In this document: piece after piece, positions 28,671-38,925 of the stretch
How the letters are laid out: each line of letters starts with the position of its first letter
Numbering within the stretch: position 1 is the first letter of the stretch
Source of the DNA: Gemmatimonadaceae bacterium
GTDB taxonomy: Bacteria; Gemmatimonadota; Gemmatimonadetes; Gemmatimonadales; Gemmatimonadaceae
DNA length: 64,000 bases
Assembly: GCA_051859245.1 (NCBI GenBank)
Contig: JBHYGA010000005.1
Location: 320,001 to 384,000, forward strand
Reading direction: 5' to 3'
Notes under the pieces: model-generated
The model's database searches: none
What the model saw: the letters and a program-made list of their open reading frames with translations, nothing else
Told to the model about the DNA's origin: nothing
Made by a program: the position numbers and the translations under genes

Positions 28671-28710
28671 AAGCAGCCGGCGCGAGACGATCTCGCGCCG
28701 GCTGTTTTTT
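28671..28710 (+). terminator. Rho-independent terminator
   Basis: 14-bp stem CAGCCGGCGCGAGA/TCTCGCGCCGGCTG followed by TTTTTT. Confidence 0.9.
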
Positions 28711-28765
28711 GTAAAGTTGCGCCGTTTGCCGCCGAGACTTCCACGGACACTTCATCCGTGGATCC

Positions 28766-30484
28766 ATGCCCGCCGGCACGCCCCTCGAAATCACGCAGAC
28801 TCCAGTCAGTCACCTGAGCGCCGTCGACACCGACGTCGCCGTTCGTGCGTTCCTGTCGCGCATTCTCGAAGGGAGCGATCTGCCGGCGTTATCGCGTCAG
28901 ATCATTGACGCGATCTCCGCACTTGATGACGACGCGAGTTCACTGCAGCGACTCGCCAACGTGGTGCTGCGTGAATACAGTCTCACGGTGAGCGTGGTAC
29001 GCACGGCCAACAGTGTGCACTATCGGCGCAGCGGGCGCCCGGTACAGAGTGCCACGCACGCGATGATGCTGTTAGGCGCGCGCGCGGTGCGCGAGCTGGC
29101 AACCGGCTTGCTGCTGTTCGAGAACTATCAGAAACGCTCGGCCGGTCTGCGTGAGCTGATGCTGCTCTCCTTGCTCACCGCCAACCACGCGCGCGAAACC
29201 GCGATCAAGCTTGGTGCGGTGGATCCCGGAGAAGCACACCTCTGCGGCATGTTTCGCAATCTTGGCGAGGTGCTGGTGGCGTGTCATGCCGCCGATGAAT
29301 ACGCGCAGATTCACGCACGCATTACCGCTGCCGCTGAGGGAGAGTCGCGCGCCTGCGCGCGAGTGCTCGGATTTCAGTTTGTGGATCTCGGTGTGGAGGT
29401 GTGTCGCCAATGGGGCATGCCGCCTTCTGTGGCGGAGGGAATGCGCGCGCGGGCGAACGCGGCATCTTCGCAGGTCGCGGCGATCACATCATTCAGCCAC
29501 GACCTCACGAACGCGCTCTACCGACGTGATGGGGCCGGCACCAATCCGAATGCGTCGGTGACCGAGGTGATGGAGCGCTACGCACCGCGGCTCAAGCTGA
29601 CGCAGGATCAGGCGCGTGAAATCGTGGAGGCTGCGCTGACGGAAACGCGCGAGCTGTTTTTGTCGGCACATGTGTCGATTGACGCACTGCGCATGCAGCA
29701 GTTGAGTGAAGCGGCGCACAGCGCGCTGGGTGTTGAGTCGCCTCCAGTCAAGGAATCGGCCACGGCGAGTCACGCGGATGACGTACCGGCTCGCAACGGC
29801 TTGCGCACCCGATTGGCGCAGGAGCTGGCCGCGAGTGTGGATCCGGCGTCGGGACGTGATGTGGGCGCGGTGCTGTTGCTGGCGCTTGAAGCGGTGCTGC
29901 GCGGTGCGCCGTTTGACCGGGCCATTGCGTGCGTGTTGAACGCGGATCGTACACGACTCACCGCGCGTGCGGGGCTTGGCACCGAGGTCGAAGCGCTCAT
30001 GGCGAAGTTTGATTTTCCGATGACGGCCCGCGGTGGTCCGATCACCGCCGTGCTGCACCAGCGTTCGGCGTTGTATTTGCCCGTGGATCGCGCCATGAAT
30101 CTGGTCGAGCTGCGCTGGACGCTCGGCTCAGGCATTGCGCAGTTTGGAGTCTTCCCGATTGCCGTGAGCGGCACCGTGATCGGCTGTCTGTACTGCGACC
30201 GTCTCTCAATGGCATCTGTGCCGGATCGCGACACGCTGCACTATGTGGGCAAGCTGGTGGAGCTGGTCATGCGCGCCATCGAAGAACGCCGCAAGGCGGC
30301 GAGTGCGTCCACGCCGCATCCACTCGACGCCGCGGCCAAGAGTGCGCTGGTCCTGCGTTTGCTACGTGGTGAAACGGTCGAGACGTTGATGATGGAGACT
30401 GGGGTCACGAGAGCGCAGCTGGAGAGCTGGCGTGCGGCGTTCCTGGAAGGCGCCGTGGCGCGACTGGCTGGGCACCAGGCGTGA
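28766..30484 (+). CDS. HDOD domain protein with GAF domain and C-terminal HTH
   Basis: DLPALS, LT..V.R.ANS..Y, A...LG...VR, GMF.NLG, WGMP; GAF (FPI.V.G.VIGCLY.D); terminal HTH. Confidence 0.85.
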   Translation: MPAGTPLEITQTPVSHLSAVDTDVAVRAFLSRILEGSDLPALSRQIIDAISALDDDASSLQRLANVVLREYSLTVSVVRTANSVHYRRSGRPVQSATHAMMLLGARAVRELATGLLLFENYQKRSAGLRELMLLSLLTANHARETAIKLGAVDPGEAHLCGMFRNLGEVLVACHAADEYAQIHARITAAAEGESRACARVLGFQFVDLGVEVCRQWGMPPSVAEGMRARANAASSQVAAITSFSHDLTNALYRRDGAGTNPNASVTEVMERYAPRLKLTQDQAREIVEAALTETRELFLSAHVSIDALRMQQLSEAAHSALGVESPPVKESATASHADDVPARNGLRTRLAQELAASVDPASGRDVGAVLLLALEAVLRGAPFDRAIACVLNADRTRLTARAGLGTEVEALMAKFDFPMTARGGPITAVLHQRSALYLPVDRAMNLVELRWTLGSGIAQFGVFPIAVSGTVIGCLYCDRLSMASVPDRDTLHYVGKLVELVMRAIEERRKAASASTPHPLDAAAKSALVLRLLRGETVETLMMETGVTRAQLESWRAAFLEGAVARLAGHQA

Positions 30485-30682
30485 GCTGATCGGGGCGGGG
30501 CACGGTTGCAGCGCCCCTGATGACCGGCGCGTACACTGCGTAAGCGCGGTCGCGTTATCGCCTTGGGCATGATCGCCCGGGCGTACGCCATGGCGAGGTT
30601 GAACCCTCGTTGATAACGTGCGACGTTAGCCCCACCGGCGCGGCCCGAAGCCTCGCCACTTCCCACCCTCCCAGGAGTCAGG

Positions 30683-33600
30683 ATGTCACGCCTGAGCGGA
30701 TCGATGCGCCGTCTTTCTGAATCGGCGCTCGTGCTGTTCGTTGCGACCGCGGTTGCGGCTTCGACGGCAGCAGCCCAGTCCACCCAGAAGATCGACGAGG
30801 AATACACGCGTCGCATTCGCGAAATTCTCACCGACCCGCGCATCAGCACCGAGCTGGTGAACTACCTGCCGGCATCTGATGTGGTGCCCACGCCGCTCAA
30901 GTTTCCCGGCATCGAACGGGTGATTGGTCAGCCTGGCTATCTCACCAAGGCCAAAGACATTCACCGCTATCTCGAAGCCGTCGCGAAAGCTGCGCCAACA
31001 CGCGCGAAGTTCTGGGTGATGGGCAAGTCGGAAGAGGGGCGAGACATGGTCGCGTTTGTCGTGAGCGACGAAGAAACGATCGCCAATCTCGACAAATACA
31101 AAGGCTACATGCAGGAGCTGGCGGATCCGCGCAAAACCAGCGAGCAGCGTGCGCAGGAACTCGTGAAATCAGCTAAGCCGATTTACTACATCACCAGCGG
31201 CATGCATTCCACCGAAACCGGTGGTCCGGAAATGCTGATGGAGATGGCGTATCGACTCGTGGTGGACGAGTCAGAAAAAATCTCGAGCATTCGCAAGAAC
31301 GTCATCACGATGATCACACCGGTGATCGAAGTTGACGGCCGCGAGAAAATTCTCGACGGCATTTGTTATCGCGTGAAGACGGGACAGCCGCTGCCAACGC
31401 CCTACTGGGGCAAGTACGTCGCGCACGACAACAATCGTGACGGCATGGGACAGTTCCTCAAGCTCACGCAGCACGTTCGCAACACCAATCTCGAATGGCG
31501 GCCAGTCGTCATGCACGACCTGCACGAGCAGGCCACGCTGCTGTATGTGTCCACCGGCACCGGCCCGTACAACGAGCAGATCGATCCGGTCACCATCAAC
31601 GAATGGTGGTGGATGGCGCAGAACGAAGTCATGGAAATGACCAAGCGTGGTGTGCCAGGTGTATGGACGTACGGCTTCTATGATGGCTGGGTGCCGAATT
31701 ACATGTTCTTCATGATGCACACCGTGAACGCGATTGGCCGTTTTTACGAAGTGCAGAGCTTTGGCGGTGGTTGCAACGGCACTGCAGCCAACGCGCGTGG
31801 TGGCGCGCCGGCCGCACCCACGCGCGCCAACGAGGCCGAGCTCACACGCGTGCTCGGCGGCACCAACTACAATCAGAGTCGCGAGTGGTTCCGTCCGAAT
31901 CCCACGCCGAATGACATTCGCTGGGGATCGCGCGCGAACACCAACATTCAGCAGTCGGCGCTGTTGCTCTCGCTCTGGAACATGGGCAAGGAGCGCGACC
32001 GGTTCCTGGAGAACTACTGGATCAAGAACAAGAATGCGATCAATCGCGGCAAGTTGGGTCCGATCAAGGGCTGGGTGATTCCCGCATCGCAGCATTCCAA
32101 GCAGAACGCGGCCGACGCGGTGAATCAGCTCATGGACCAGGGGCTGGAGTTTCACGTGGCCGATTCGGATGTCACACTCGATTCCGTGTCGGTGAAAAAG
32201 GGCGACTGGATTATTCGTGGCGATCAGCCGCTGCGCACGATTGCCGACATGTACTTTGCGGTGCAGAACTATCCCACCACGAATCCGTCGCCGTACGACG
32301 ACACCGGCTGGACGTATCCGATGATGCGCAACATCATCGTGAAGGAAGTGAAGAATGAAAAGCTCTTCACTGCGTCCATGACCAAGGCGGCAGGCCATGT
32401 CACCGCGGCTGGTGGTGTCTCGGGCACTGGCAACACGATTATTGTCGAGCACACCGGCGACAACAACCTGGTGCGGCTGCGCTACCGTTTGTCGGACGTC
32501 GCCATGATGGCCGCTGAAGACTCATTCACAGCCGGCGGTCGCGCATTCGGTCCGGGTGCATTCATCATTCGCAACGCGAACCGCGCCCGCGTGGAACCGC
32601 TGTTGCGCGAACTCGGCTTGTCCGCGTTTGCCGTAAGCGCCGCGCCAACGGTGAAGTCGCACGATCTCGATATTCCGCGCATTGGCTACATCCACAGCTG
32701 GACGAATACACAGGATGAAGGCTGGGTGCGCGCGGCGTTAGATCACTACAACATTCCGTACACGTACTTCGGCGAAAACGAAGTGCGCAAGATTGCCTCG
32801 CTCAAGCAGCGCTTCGATGTGATCCTATGGCCGCACGGCGGCAGCGTGGGTCAGGATGCGCCAACCACCGGCACGCCAATTCCGTACAAGCGCACCGCCG
32901 AATATCCTGATCTCGGCTTCCCCGATTCCACGAACGATGTACGCGGTGGATTGGGTACCGATGGGCTTGAGAAGTTGCACGAGTTTGTGCGTGCCGGCGG
33001 CACGCTGATCACCGAAGGCGGTACGTCTGCAATATTCCCAACGTTCAGCCTCACGCCCGGATTGCGCACCACAACGGCGCCGGGACTCGTGAACCGTGGC
33101 ACACTGCTGCGCGGTGTCATTGCCGATATGAAGAGCCCCGTAGTGTACGGCTACAACGTGAATCAGTTGCCGATCTATTTCAGCGGCGGCACGCTGCTCG
33201 ACGCCGGTGCACCCACGATGGCTGAAGCGAAGCCCGTAAGCGACATCGATGTGTTCCGCCCGGGCAGTTCGGCCGCGTTGTCTGGTGCCGCAGCGGGTGG
33301 CGGCGGTATTGGTCCCGCCGCCCGTCGCAACAGCGTGTATCAGAACACCACGCCCATGGCCACGTGGGTTGAACACTCGCGCTGGAATCCCACGCAGCAG
33401 TGGCCCGCAAGCGCCATTGGTTCGGCACCGGGTGCCGCTGCGGGTGGTGCACGTGGTGGGTTTGGTGGCGGCGCTGGTGGTGGTATGATGACGCTCCCCG
33501 GCATGGCACCGCGTGTGATCGTGCAGTTCCCCGCCAGCCCGCGCGACATGCTGCTTTCGGGTGTGCTCGAAGGTGGCGAGCACTTGTCGAACCGTCCTAC

Positions 33601-33739
33601 CGTGATCAATCAGCAGCTCGGTGATGGTCACGTGGTCATGTTTACCACGCGTCCCTTCTGGCGCTGGCAGACGCAGGGCACGTTCATGATGGGATTCAAT
33701 GCGATCATGAACTGGAACGACCTCGGCGCCGGCAAGTAA
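30683..33739 (+). CDS. Secreted M14-family zinc carboxypeptidase with C-terminal GATase-like domain
   Basis: G.SEEGR, HSTE (HxxE), DNNRD, HDLHE; DEGW.R..LD; FV..GGTLI. Confidence 0.88.
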   Translation: MSRLSGSMRRLSESALVLFVATAVAASTAAAQSTQKIDEEYTRRIREILTDPRISTELVNYLPASDVVPTPLKFPGIERVIGQPGYLTKAKDIHRYLEAVAKAAPTRAKFWVMGKSEEGRDMVAFVVSDEETIANLDKYKGYMQELADPRKTSEQRAQELVKSAKPIYYITSGMHSTETGGPEMLMEMAYRLVVDESEKISSIRKNVITMITPVIEVDGREKILDGICYRVKTGQPLPTPYWGKYVAHDNNRDGMGQFLKLTQHVRNTNLEWRPVVMHDLHEQATLLYVSTGTGPYNEQIDPVTINEWWWMAQNEVMEMTKRGVPGVWTYGFYDGWVPNYMFFMMHTVNAIGRFYEVQSFGGGCNGTAANARGGAPAAPTRANEAELTRVLGGTNYNQSREWFRPNPTPNDIRWGSRANTNIQQSALLLSLWNMGKERDRFLENYWIKNKNAINRGKLGPIKGWVIPASQHSKQNAADAVNQLMDQGLEFHVADSDVTLDSVSVKKGDWIIRGDQPLRTIADMYFAVQNYPTTNPSPYDDTGWTYPMMRNIIVKEVKNEKLFTASMTKAAGHVTAAGGVSGTGNTIIVEHTGDNNLVRLRYRLSDVAMMAAEDSFTAGGRAFGPGAFIIRNANRARVEPLLRELGLSAFAVSAAPTVKSHDLDIPRIGYIHSWTNTQDEGWVRAALDHYNIPYTYFGENEVRKIASLKQRFDVILWPHGGSVGQDAPTTGTPIPYKRTAEYPDLGFPDSTNDVRGGLGTDGLEKLHEFVRAGGTLITEGGTSAIFPTFSLTPGLRTTTAPGLVNRGTLLRGVIADMKSPVVYGYNVNQLPIYFSGGTLLDAGAPTMAEAKPVSDIDVFRPGSSAALSGAAAGGGGIGPAARRNSVYQNTTPMATWVEHSRWNPTQQWPASAIGSAPGAAAGGARGGFGGGAGGGMMTLPGMAPRVIVQFPASPRDMLLSGVLEGGEHLSNRPTVINQQLGDGHVVMFTTRPFWRWQTQGTFMMGFNAIMNWNDLGAGK

Positions 33740-33826
33740 AGCGCACGCTCGTCGCATTCCGTCACGCGAGCGCCCCGGATACCTTGTGTATTCGGGGCGT
33801 TTGTGTGTTCACGATTCTCTCGCACC

Positions 33827-34288
33827 ATGACTGCAACAATTTTTCAGCTGTCGCGATCAAACGGCGGGGTGCCGAAACTTGCCGTACCCGAAGTCATGAT
33901 TCGTACGGCCGGACTCGAAGGTGACTGGCAGTTGAATCGTGTGCACCACGGTGGTCCGGATCGCGCCGTGTGCCTGTTCCCCATTGAGACGATTCAGACG
34001 CTGCAGGCCGAAGGGCATCCGATTGTGCCTGGCAGCGTGGGTGAGAACATCACGACCGTTGGTTTGCACTGGGAACTCGTCGTGCCGGGCACACAGCTGC
34101 TGCTCGGCGATCGCGTGCTGCTCGAGATTGTGAGCTTCACCGTGCCGTGTCGTACCATTCAGCGTGCATTTGCCGACGGAAAGTTCGGTCGCATCTCGCA
34201 AAAAACGCACCCTGGCTCATCGCGGGTGTACGCGCGCGTGCTGGCCGAGGGTGTCGTTCGTGTTGGTGATCCAGTCGTGCTGGTGTGA
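33827..34288 (+). CDS. MOSC domain protein (YiiM-like)
   Basis: GGVPK, GLEGD, HGGPDRAVC, PG..GENIT, PC, RVYARVL.EG.V..GD. Confidence 0.9.
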   Translation: MTATIFQLSRSNGGVPKLAVPEVMIRTAGLEGDWQLNRVHHGGPDRAVCLFPIETIQTLQAEGHPIVPGSVGENITTVGLHWELVVPGTQLLLGDRVLLEIVSFTVPCRTIQRAFADGKFGRISQKTHPGSSRVYARVLAEGVVRVGDPVVLV

Positions 34289-34318
34289 ACATCATGCTTC
34301 TGCCAAACGAGATCCACT

Positions 34319-35134
34319 GTGAGTGACGACAACGAATACGTACTGGGCACGCACGACGACGAGTTACGCCGGCTCGGCTTTCAGCACCAGGTGTGGGCTG
34401 AGCAAACGGCCAGGCTGTGGGAGGCGGCACGCTTCGCACCTGGTGATCGTCTGCTTGATCTGGGAAGTGGACCGGGCTACGCCACGGTAGACTTGGCCCA
34501 GCGTGTTGGGCGCGATGGGTCGGTAGTCGCCATCGATATGTCACGACGCTTTCTCGGCGCACTGGAAGCGCTGGTCGCGGCTCGTGGATTGCACAACGTG
34601 CGGTGGCAGGAGAATGACGCGGCGACACTCGATATACCTGATGCGACCATCAATGGCGTGTTTGCACGATGGCTGTTGTGCTTCACGCCGGATCCTGGCG
34701 CGGTTGTGAAAGAAGTCGCGCGCGTACTGGCTCCCGGCGGGCGGTTTGCCGTACTCGACTATGCCAACTACGAAGCATTGTCGATGGCACCGGCGAGTGA
34801 TGTGATCGACCGAGTGCTGCACGCGACGGGTGAATCGGTACGGGTTCGCGGTGGCACGTTTGCCGTAGGACGTATGCTGCCGCGCTACATGCATGACGCC
34901 GGGCTCGAGGTGGAATATCTTGAGCCGGTTGTTCGCATTGCGCGGCCTGGGAGTGCGTTGTGGTCGTGGCCCGAAAGTTTTTTCGCCAACTACTTGAGCA
35001 CGCTCGTGCAGATGTCACTCATCTCAACACAAGATGCGGCTGATTTTCAATCGGTCTGGAAGGCGCGCAGTGCCGATCCCGCGGCGTATCTGATTACACC
35101 GACAATGGTGTCGGTGGTTGGCGTCAAGCGGTAG
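34319..35134 (+). CDS. Class I SAM-dependent methyltransferase
   Basis: LLDLGSGPG motif I; RVLAPGG; YVLG....E..RL..Q N-terminus. Confidence 0.9.
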   Translation: MSDDNEYVLGTHDDELRRLGFQHQVWAEQTARLWEAARFAPGDRLLDLGSGPGYATVDLAQRVGRDGSVVAIDMSRRFLGALEALVAARGLHNVRWQENDAATLDIPDATINGVFARWLLCFTPDPGAVVKEVARVLAPGGRFAVLDYANYEALSMAPASDVIDRVLHATGESVRVRGGTFAVGRMLPRYMHDAGLEVEYLEPVVRIARPGSALWSWPESFFANYLSTLVQMSLISTQDAADFQSVWKARSADPAAYLITPTMVSVVGVKR

Positions 35135-35145
35135 GGGATCGTTTC

Positions 35146-36129
35146 GTGGTGAAGCGAGTGCGCGCGCAACAGGCGGATCTGTTCGGTGAGCCAGACACTG
35201 CGCGCATTGCGCCGGCTGTTGTGGAAGCGGAGCTGGTGTCGCTCGCGTCGCGTCTTCCGTCGCTGTTGCGGCTCGGTACATCGAGCTGGGCGTTTCCAGG
35301 ATGGCGCGGTCTGGTGTATGCTACGCGAGAAACCGCGACGCGGCTCTCGCGCGATGGTCTGCATGCGTACGCACAACATCCGCTACTGCGCGCGGTTGGC
35401 CTGGATCGCACCTTCTACGCGCCGATCGCTGCGTCGGAGTTCGCGGAGTACGCGAACGATGTCCCAACCGAGTTTCGCTTTCTCGTGAAGGCGCACGCGG
35501 CCGTCACCACCACGGATCGTCAGCGCGCGATCGGTGAGATCACGGATACACCCGTGTTTCTCGACAGTACGTACGCGACCGAGCGCGTGATTTTACCCGC
35601 CGTGGAAGGACTTGGCGAGAAGCTTGGCGTGCTGTTGTTTCAGTTTCCACCGCTGGCGCTCCCGCCCAAACGTGCCGCAGCATTTGCCGAACAGCTGCAT
35701 CGTTTCCTGAGCGCGCTTCCGCGTAATGTACCGTACGCGGTGGAGATTCGAGACAGCTCGCAGCTTACGCACGACTACGCACAGGCGTTGCACGATGGCG
35801 GCGCCACACACTGCTACACAGCGCATCCGCGCATGCCGAGTGTGTTGGAGCAGTGGCAGGTGCTCGGTGATGCTGTGCGAACAGCGGGGCCGGTGGCGGT
35901 GCGTTGGATGTTGCGCACGGACCAGCAGTACGAAACAGCGCGGGAAGAATACGCGCCTTTTGATCAACTCGTCGCGCCTGACATTACACGTCGCGCCGAG
36001 GTCGCGGAGCTGCTACAAACGCTATTCGCGGAGCGAAAGCAGACAATCGTGATTGCCAACAACAAAGCCGAGGGATCAGCGCCGCGCACACTCACCGAGC
36101 TGGCGCGACTGATCGCGACCGAGCAATAA
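35146..36129 (+). CDS. DUF72 (YecE-like) protein
   Basis: LGTSSW.FPGW, D.TFY, FRFLVKA, LLFQFPP, YAVEIR, NNKAEG.AP. Confidence 0.9.
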   Translation: MVKRVRAQQADLFGEPDTARIAPAVVEAELVSLASRLPSLLRLGTSSWAFPGWRGLVYATRETATRLSRDGLHAYAQHPLLRAVGLDRTFYAPIAASEFAEYANDVPTEFRFLVKAHAAVTTTDRQRAIGEITDTPVFLDSTYATERVILPAVEGLGEKLGVLLFQFPPLALPPKRAAAFAEQLHRFLSALPRNVPYAVEIRDSSQLTHDYAQALHDGGATHCYTAHPRMPSVLEQWQVLGDAVRTAGPVAVRWMLRTDQQYETAREEYAPFDQLVAPDITRRAEVAELLQTLFAERKQTIVIANNKAEGSAPRTLTELARLIATEQ

Positions 36130-36174
36130 GGTGAAATCCTGCGCTGAGCGGCGCTGAACGCCCTCGGTGATCTG

Positions 36175-36840
36175 CTATCGCCGATTATTGGCCAAAAGCA
36201 CCGGCGCCATCAAGATGAAATTCGGCGTGGCGGCAATCGTCTGTACCGACGTACCAACCTGCAGCACAAGATCAACTTCACTGGCGTCGTCTGCGACGAC
36301 CACAAAGCTGGCCGTGGGAATCTTGATTTTGGTGGCGTCGGCTCCTGGAATGCGAAGCGGATGCGCCGTACCGGCGGCCCACGTCCGCTGCCCCACGTCG
36401 ACGGCTTGCGTAAACGAAATGGTGGCGTCCGTCACGTGCAGTCGAAGATTCTTGTACGTACCAGCCGGCAGGTCGCCAACCGGAAGTGTGAGCGCGTTGT
36501 CGACCGACGTTGGCAAATCCATCAGGTCCAGCGACACGGACGGAGCAATCGGAAAGCGCACCCACGCAGATTCGTCGTTCTCATCGCCGTTTACACGCAG
36601 CGCGGAGATTTCAATCAACGACACGCGAATCTCGTCGATGTTGCTGCGATCAACACTGCCTTGCGCCACTTGAATATTGGGTGAGACGCTCGCTGCAGCA
36701 GCGGACTGACTCAGGCGAAGTTGCAGCGTGCCGGTGTCACCTTCGCCAGGTGACACACCGTCATCGCCGCATGCAATCAAGGAAGTCGCCAGCAACAGCG
36801 TGGCGAGCGGACGCACAAAAGAAGGCCGGGCAACGGTCAT
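36175..36840 (-). CDS. DUF4382-like lipoprotein
   Basis: Lipobox LIAC; G.L.L.L; LDL..L; LPAG.Y..LRL; L.IP....IKI. Confidence 0.7.
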   Translation of the reverse strand: MTVARPSFVRPLATLLLATSLIACGDDGVSPGEGDTGTLQLRLSQSAAAASVSPNIQVAQGSVDRSNIDEIRVSLIEISALRVNGDENDESAWVRFPIAPSVSLDLMDLPTSVDNALTLPVGDLPAGTYKNLRLHVTDATISFTQAVDVGQRTWAAGTAHPLRIPGADATKIKIPTASFVVVADDASEVDLVLQVGTSVQTIAATPNFILMAPVLLANNRR

Positions 36841-36962
36841 AGAATCTCCAGAAGATTGGTGAACTGCATCAATCTGCCAGAAACATGACGCGTCTGCAGT
36901 GACGCACGTATCACAGCCGCAGCATTATCTGTACGTTCCGTGACGCCACACACACATCCGAA

Positions 36963-37385
36963 CTAGAGTTTGTGCGTTGAGAGCAGCAAGCTGGTTTCCG
37001 AGTTGCCAACGCCTTTGATCGTGCGAATGCTTCGCAGCGCGGCGTCGAATGTTTCCAGACTATCCGTTCCCAGTTCTGCCACAATGTCCCAGCGACCGTT
37101 TGTGGTGTGCAGCGCGCGCACTTCAGGGTAGCCACGCAGCGCGGAAATAATCGCGTCAGAACGGTCGCCTTCAACACTGATCATCATCACGGCGCGCACG
37201 CGCTGCGGCTCCGCTTCCGGCGTGGTGCGCACCGTGAAGCCAAGCAACACGCGCTGCTCGAGCAACCGGTCGATTCGGTTTTGCACCGTACCTCGCGACA
37301 CGCCGAGCTGGTCGGCGAGCCGAGATACCGGGAAGCGCGCGTTCTCGCGGAGAAGCGCAATCAGTCTGAGGTCGGTGCTATCCAT
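36963..37385 (-). CDS. Lrp/AsnC family transcriptional regulator
   Basis: MD..D..LI.LLR.NAR......LA..LGVSRGTV.NRI.RL; TTNGRWD; SETSLLL. Confidence 0.93.
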   Translation of the reverse strand: MDSTDLRLIALLRENARFPVSRLADQLGVSRGTVQNRIDRLLEQRVLLGFTVRTTPEAEPQRVRAVMMISVEGDRSDAIISALRGYPEVRALHTTNGRWDIVAELGTDSLETFDAALRSIRTIKGVGNSETSLLLSTHKL

Positions 37386-37560
37386 ATCCAGTGTTGGCAA
37401 AATGTCATCAAGTACTGACATAATGTACAAACAATAGCAACATTATGCTAATTTATGCAGCTTGTTGCTGGCAGTGGATCTGTGGCATTCTCTAGGGGTC
37501 TGGATGTTATGCCGTGAGCGACACGGCGTCGTCGTCCTGTTCCTGTATCTGGAGCCTAGT

Positions 37561-38775
37561 ATGTCGACTCTCCTGGCCGAGCACACCAGTGAAGAACTGA
37601 TTGCCCTCGAAGCCGAGTGGGGCGCGCGCAACTACCGTCCGCTCGATCTGGTCATCGCCCGCGGCGACGGCGCGTGGGTGATGGACGTGGAGGGGCGCAG
37701 CTATCTCGATTGTTTGAGCGCCTATTCCGCGGTGAACCAAGGGCATTGCCACCCGCGATTGCTCGCCACGCTCACGGAGCAGGCGGCGCGTGTGACGCTT
37801 ACGTCGCGAGCGTTTCGCAATGAGCAGTTGCCGCTATTCTGTGAGGAACTCGCGCTGCTGTGCGGCATGGAGATGGTGCTGCCCATGAACACCGGTGCGG
37901 AGGCAGTGGAAACGGCGATCAAAGCGGCGCGTCGTTGGGGTTACACCGTCAAATCCATTCCGGCAGACGCCGCGCAGATCATTGTCTTCGACGGCAACTT
38001 TCACGGACGGACAACCACCATTGTTGGCTTTTCGTCTGACGCGGCGTACCGCGACGGGTTCGGTCCATTTGCCCCGGGCTTCGTACGTGTGCCGTTCGGC
38101 GACATCGACGCTGTGCGCGCTGCCGTGAACGCGAACACCTGCGCTGTATTGTTCGAGCCGATTCAATGTGAGGCGGGTGTGATCATGCCACCCGACGGTT
38201 TTCTGCGCGACTTGTCCGCGCTGTGCGCGGAGCAGAATGTGCTGCTGATTGCCGACGAGATTCAAACCGGACTCGGGCGCACCGGACGTTTGTTCGCGTG
38301 TGATCATGAAGACGTCACGCCCGATATGTACGTGCTCGGCAAGGCGCTGTCCGGCGGCTTCTATCCGGTCTCGGCCGTGGTCTCAAGCCGCGAAGTGCTG
38401 GGCGTGTTCGGACCGGGAACGCACGGCAGTACGTTTGGCGGCAATCCGCTGGGGTGCGCGGTGGCGCGAACGGCGATGCAGGTCATGCACGACGAAGGCC
38501 TCGTTGAGCGCTCCGCCGACCTTGGCGCGTGGTTGCTTGAGGAGCTGCGCACGTTGCAGCATCCACACATTGAGGCCGTGCGAGGTCGCGGACTCATTCT
38601 GGCCATCGAGTTGAACGTGCCGGCGCGTGCCTACTGTGAAGCGCTGATGAAGCGCGGCGTATTGTGCAAGGAAACGCACGACACGGTGATTCGCCTGGCG
38701 CCTCCGCTGGTGGTTCGGAAAGAGGATCTGGCCTGGGCGGTGGAGCAGTTGCGGGCGGTGTTCAGCCACGCGTGA
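37561..38775 (+). CDS. rocD: Ornithine--oxo-acid transaminase
   Basis: A.NY.PL, LSAYSAVNQGHCHP, TLTSRAF, PMNTGAEAVETAIK, EPIQ.EAG, DEIQTGLGRTG, LGKALSGG, HGSTFGGNP. Confidence 0.95.
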   Translation: MSTLLAEHTSEELIALEAEWGARNYRPLDLVIARGDGAWVMDVEGRSYLDCLSAYSAVNQGHCHPRLLATLTEQAARVTLTSRAFRNEQLPLFCEELALLCGMEMVLPMNTGAEAVETAIKAARRWGYTVKSIPADAAQIIVFDGNFHGRTTTIVGFSSDAAYRDGFGPFAPGFVRVPFGDIDAVRAAVNANTCAVLFEPIQCEAGVIMPPDGFLRDLSALCAEQNVLLIADEIQTGLGRTGRLFACDHEDVTPDMYVLGKALSGGFYPVSAVVSSREVLGVFGPGTHGSTFGGNPLGCAVARTAMQVMHDEGLVERSADLGAWLLEELRTLQHPHIEAVRGRGLILAIELNVPARAYCEALMKRGVLCKETHDTVIRLAPPLVVRKEDLAWAVEQLRAVFSHA

Positions 38776-38925
38776 GCGCTTGCGGTGTGCCCCGTATTTG
38801 TGCGGCTGGAAGCCGTGGCGCGTAGCCGATAACTTTGCTGCATACGCCAGAGCGTCATGGCGTGTCGCGCGGTCTCCCGTTTCGGGTTGACGGCTTTGCA
38901 TCTCGTCTTTTGTCCAATACGGATT

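Noticed and set aside
30330..30484. IS element remnant as a mobile element
   Set aside because: Only an in-frame HTH; no DDE domain, inverted repeats or target duplication seen
30549..30624. tRNA
   Set aside because: Cloverleaf-like size but lacks T-loop GTTCRA, D-loop consensus and CCA end
37386..37560. AT-rich patch as sign of horizontal transfer
   Set aside because: Explained as the divergent Lrp-rocD promoter/operator region
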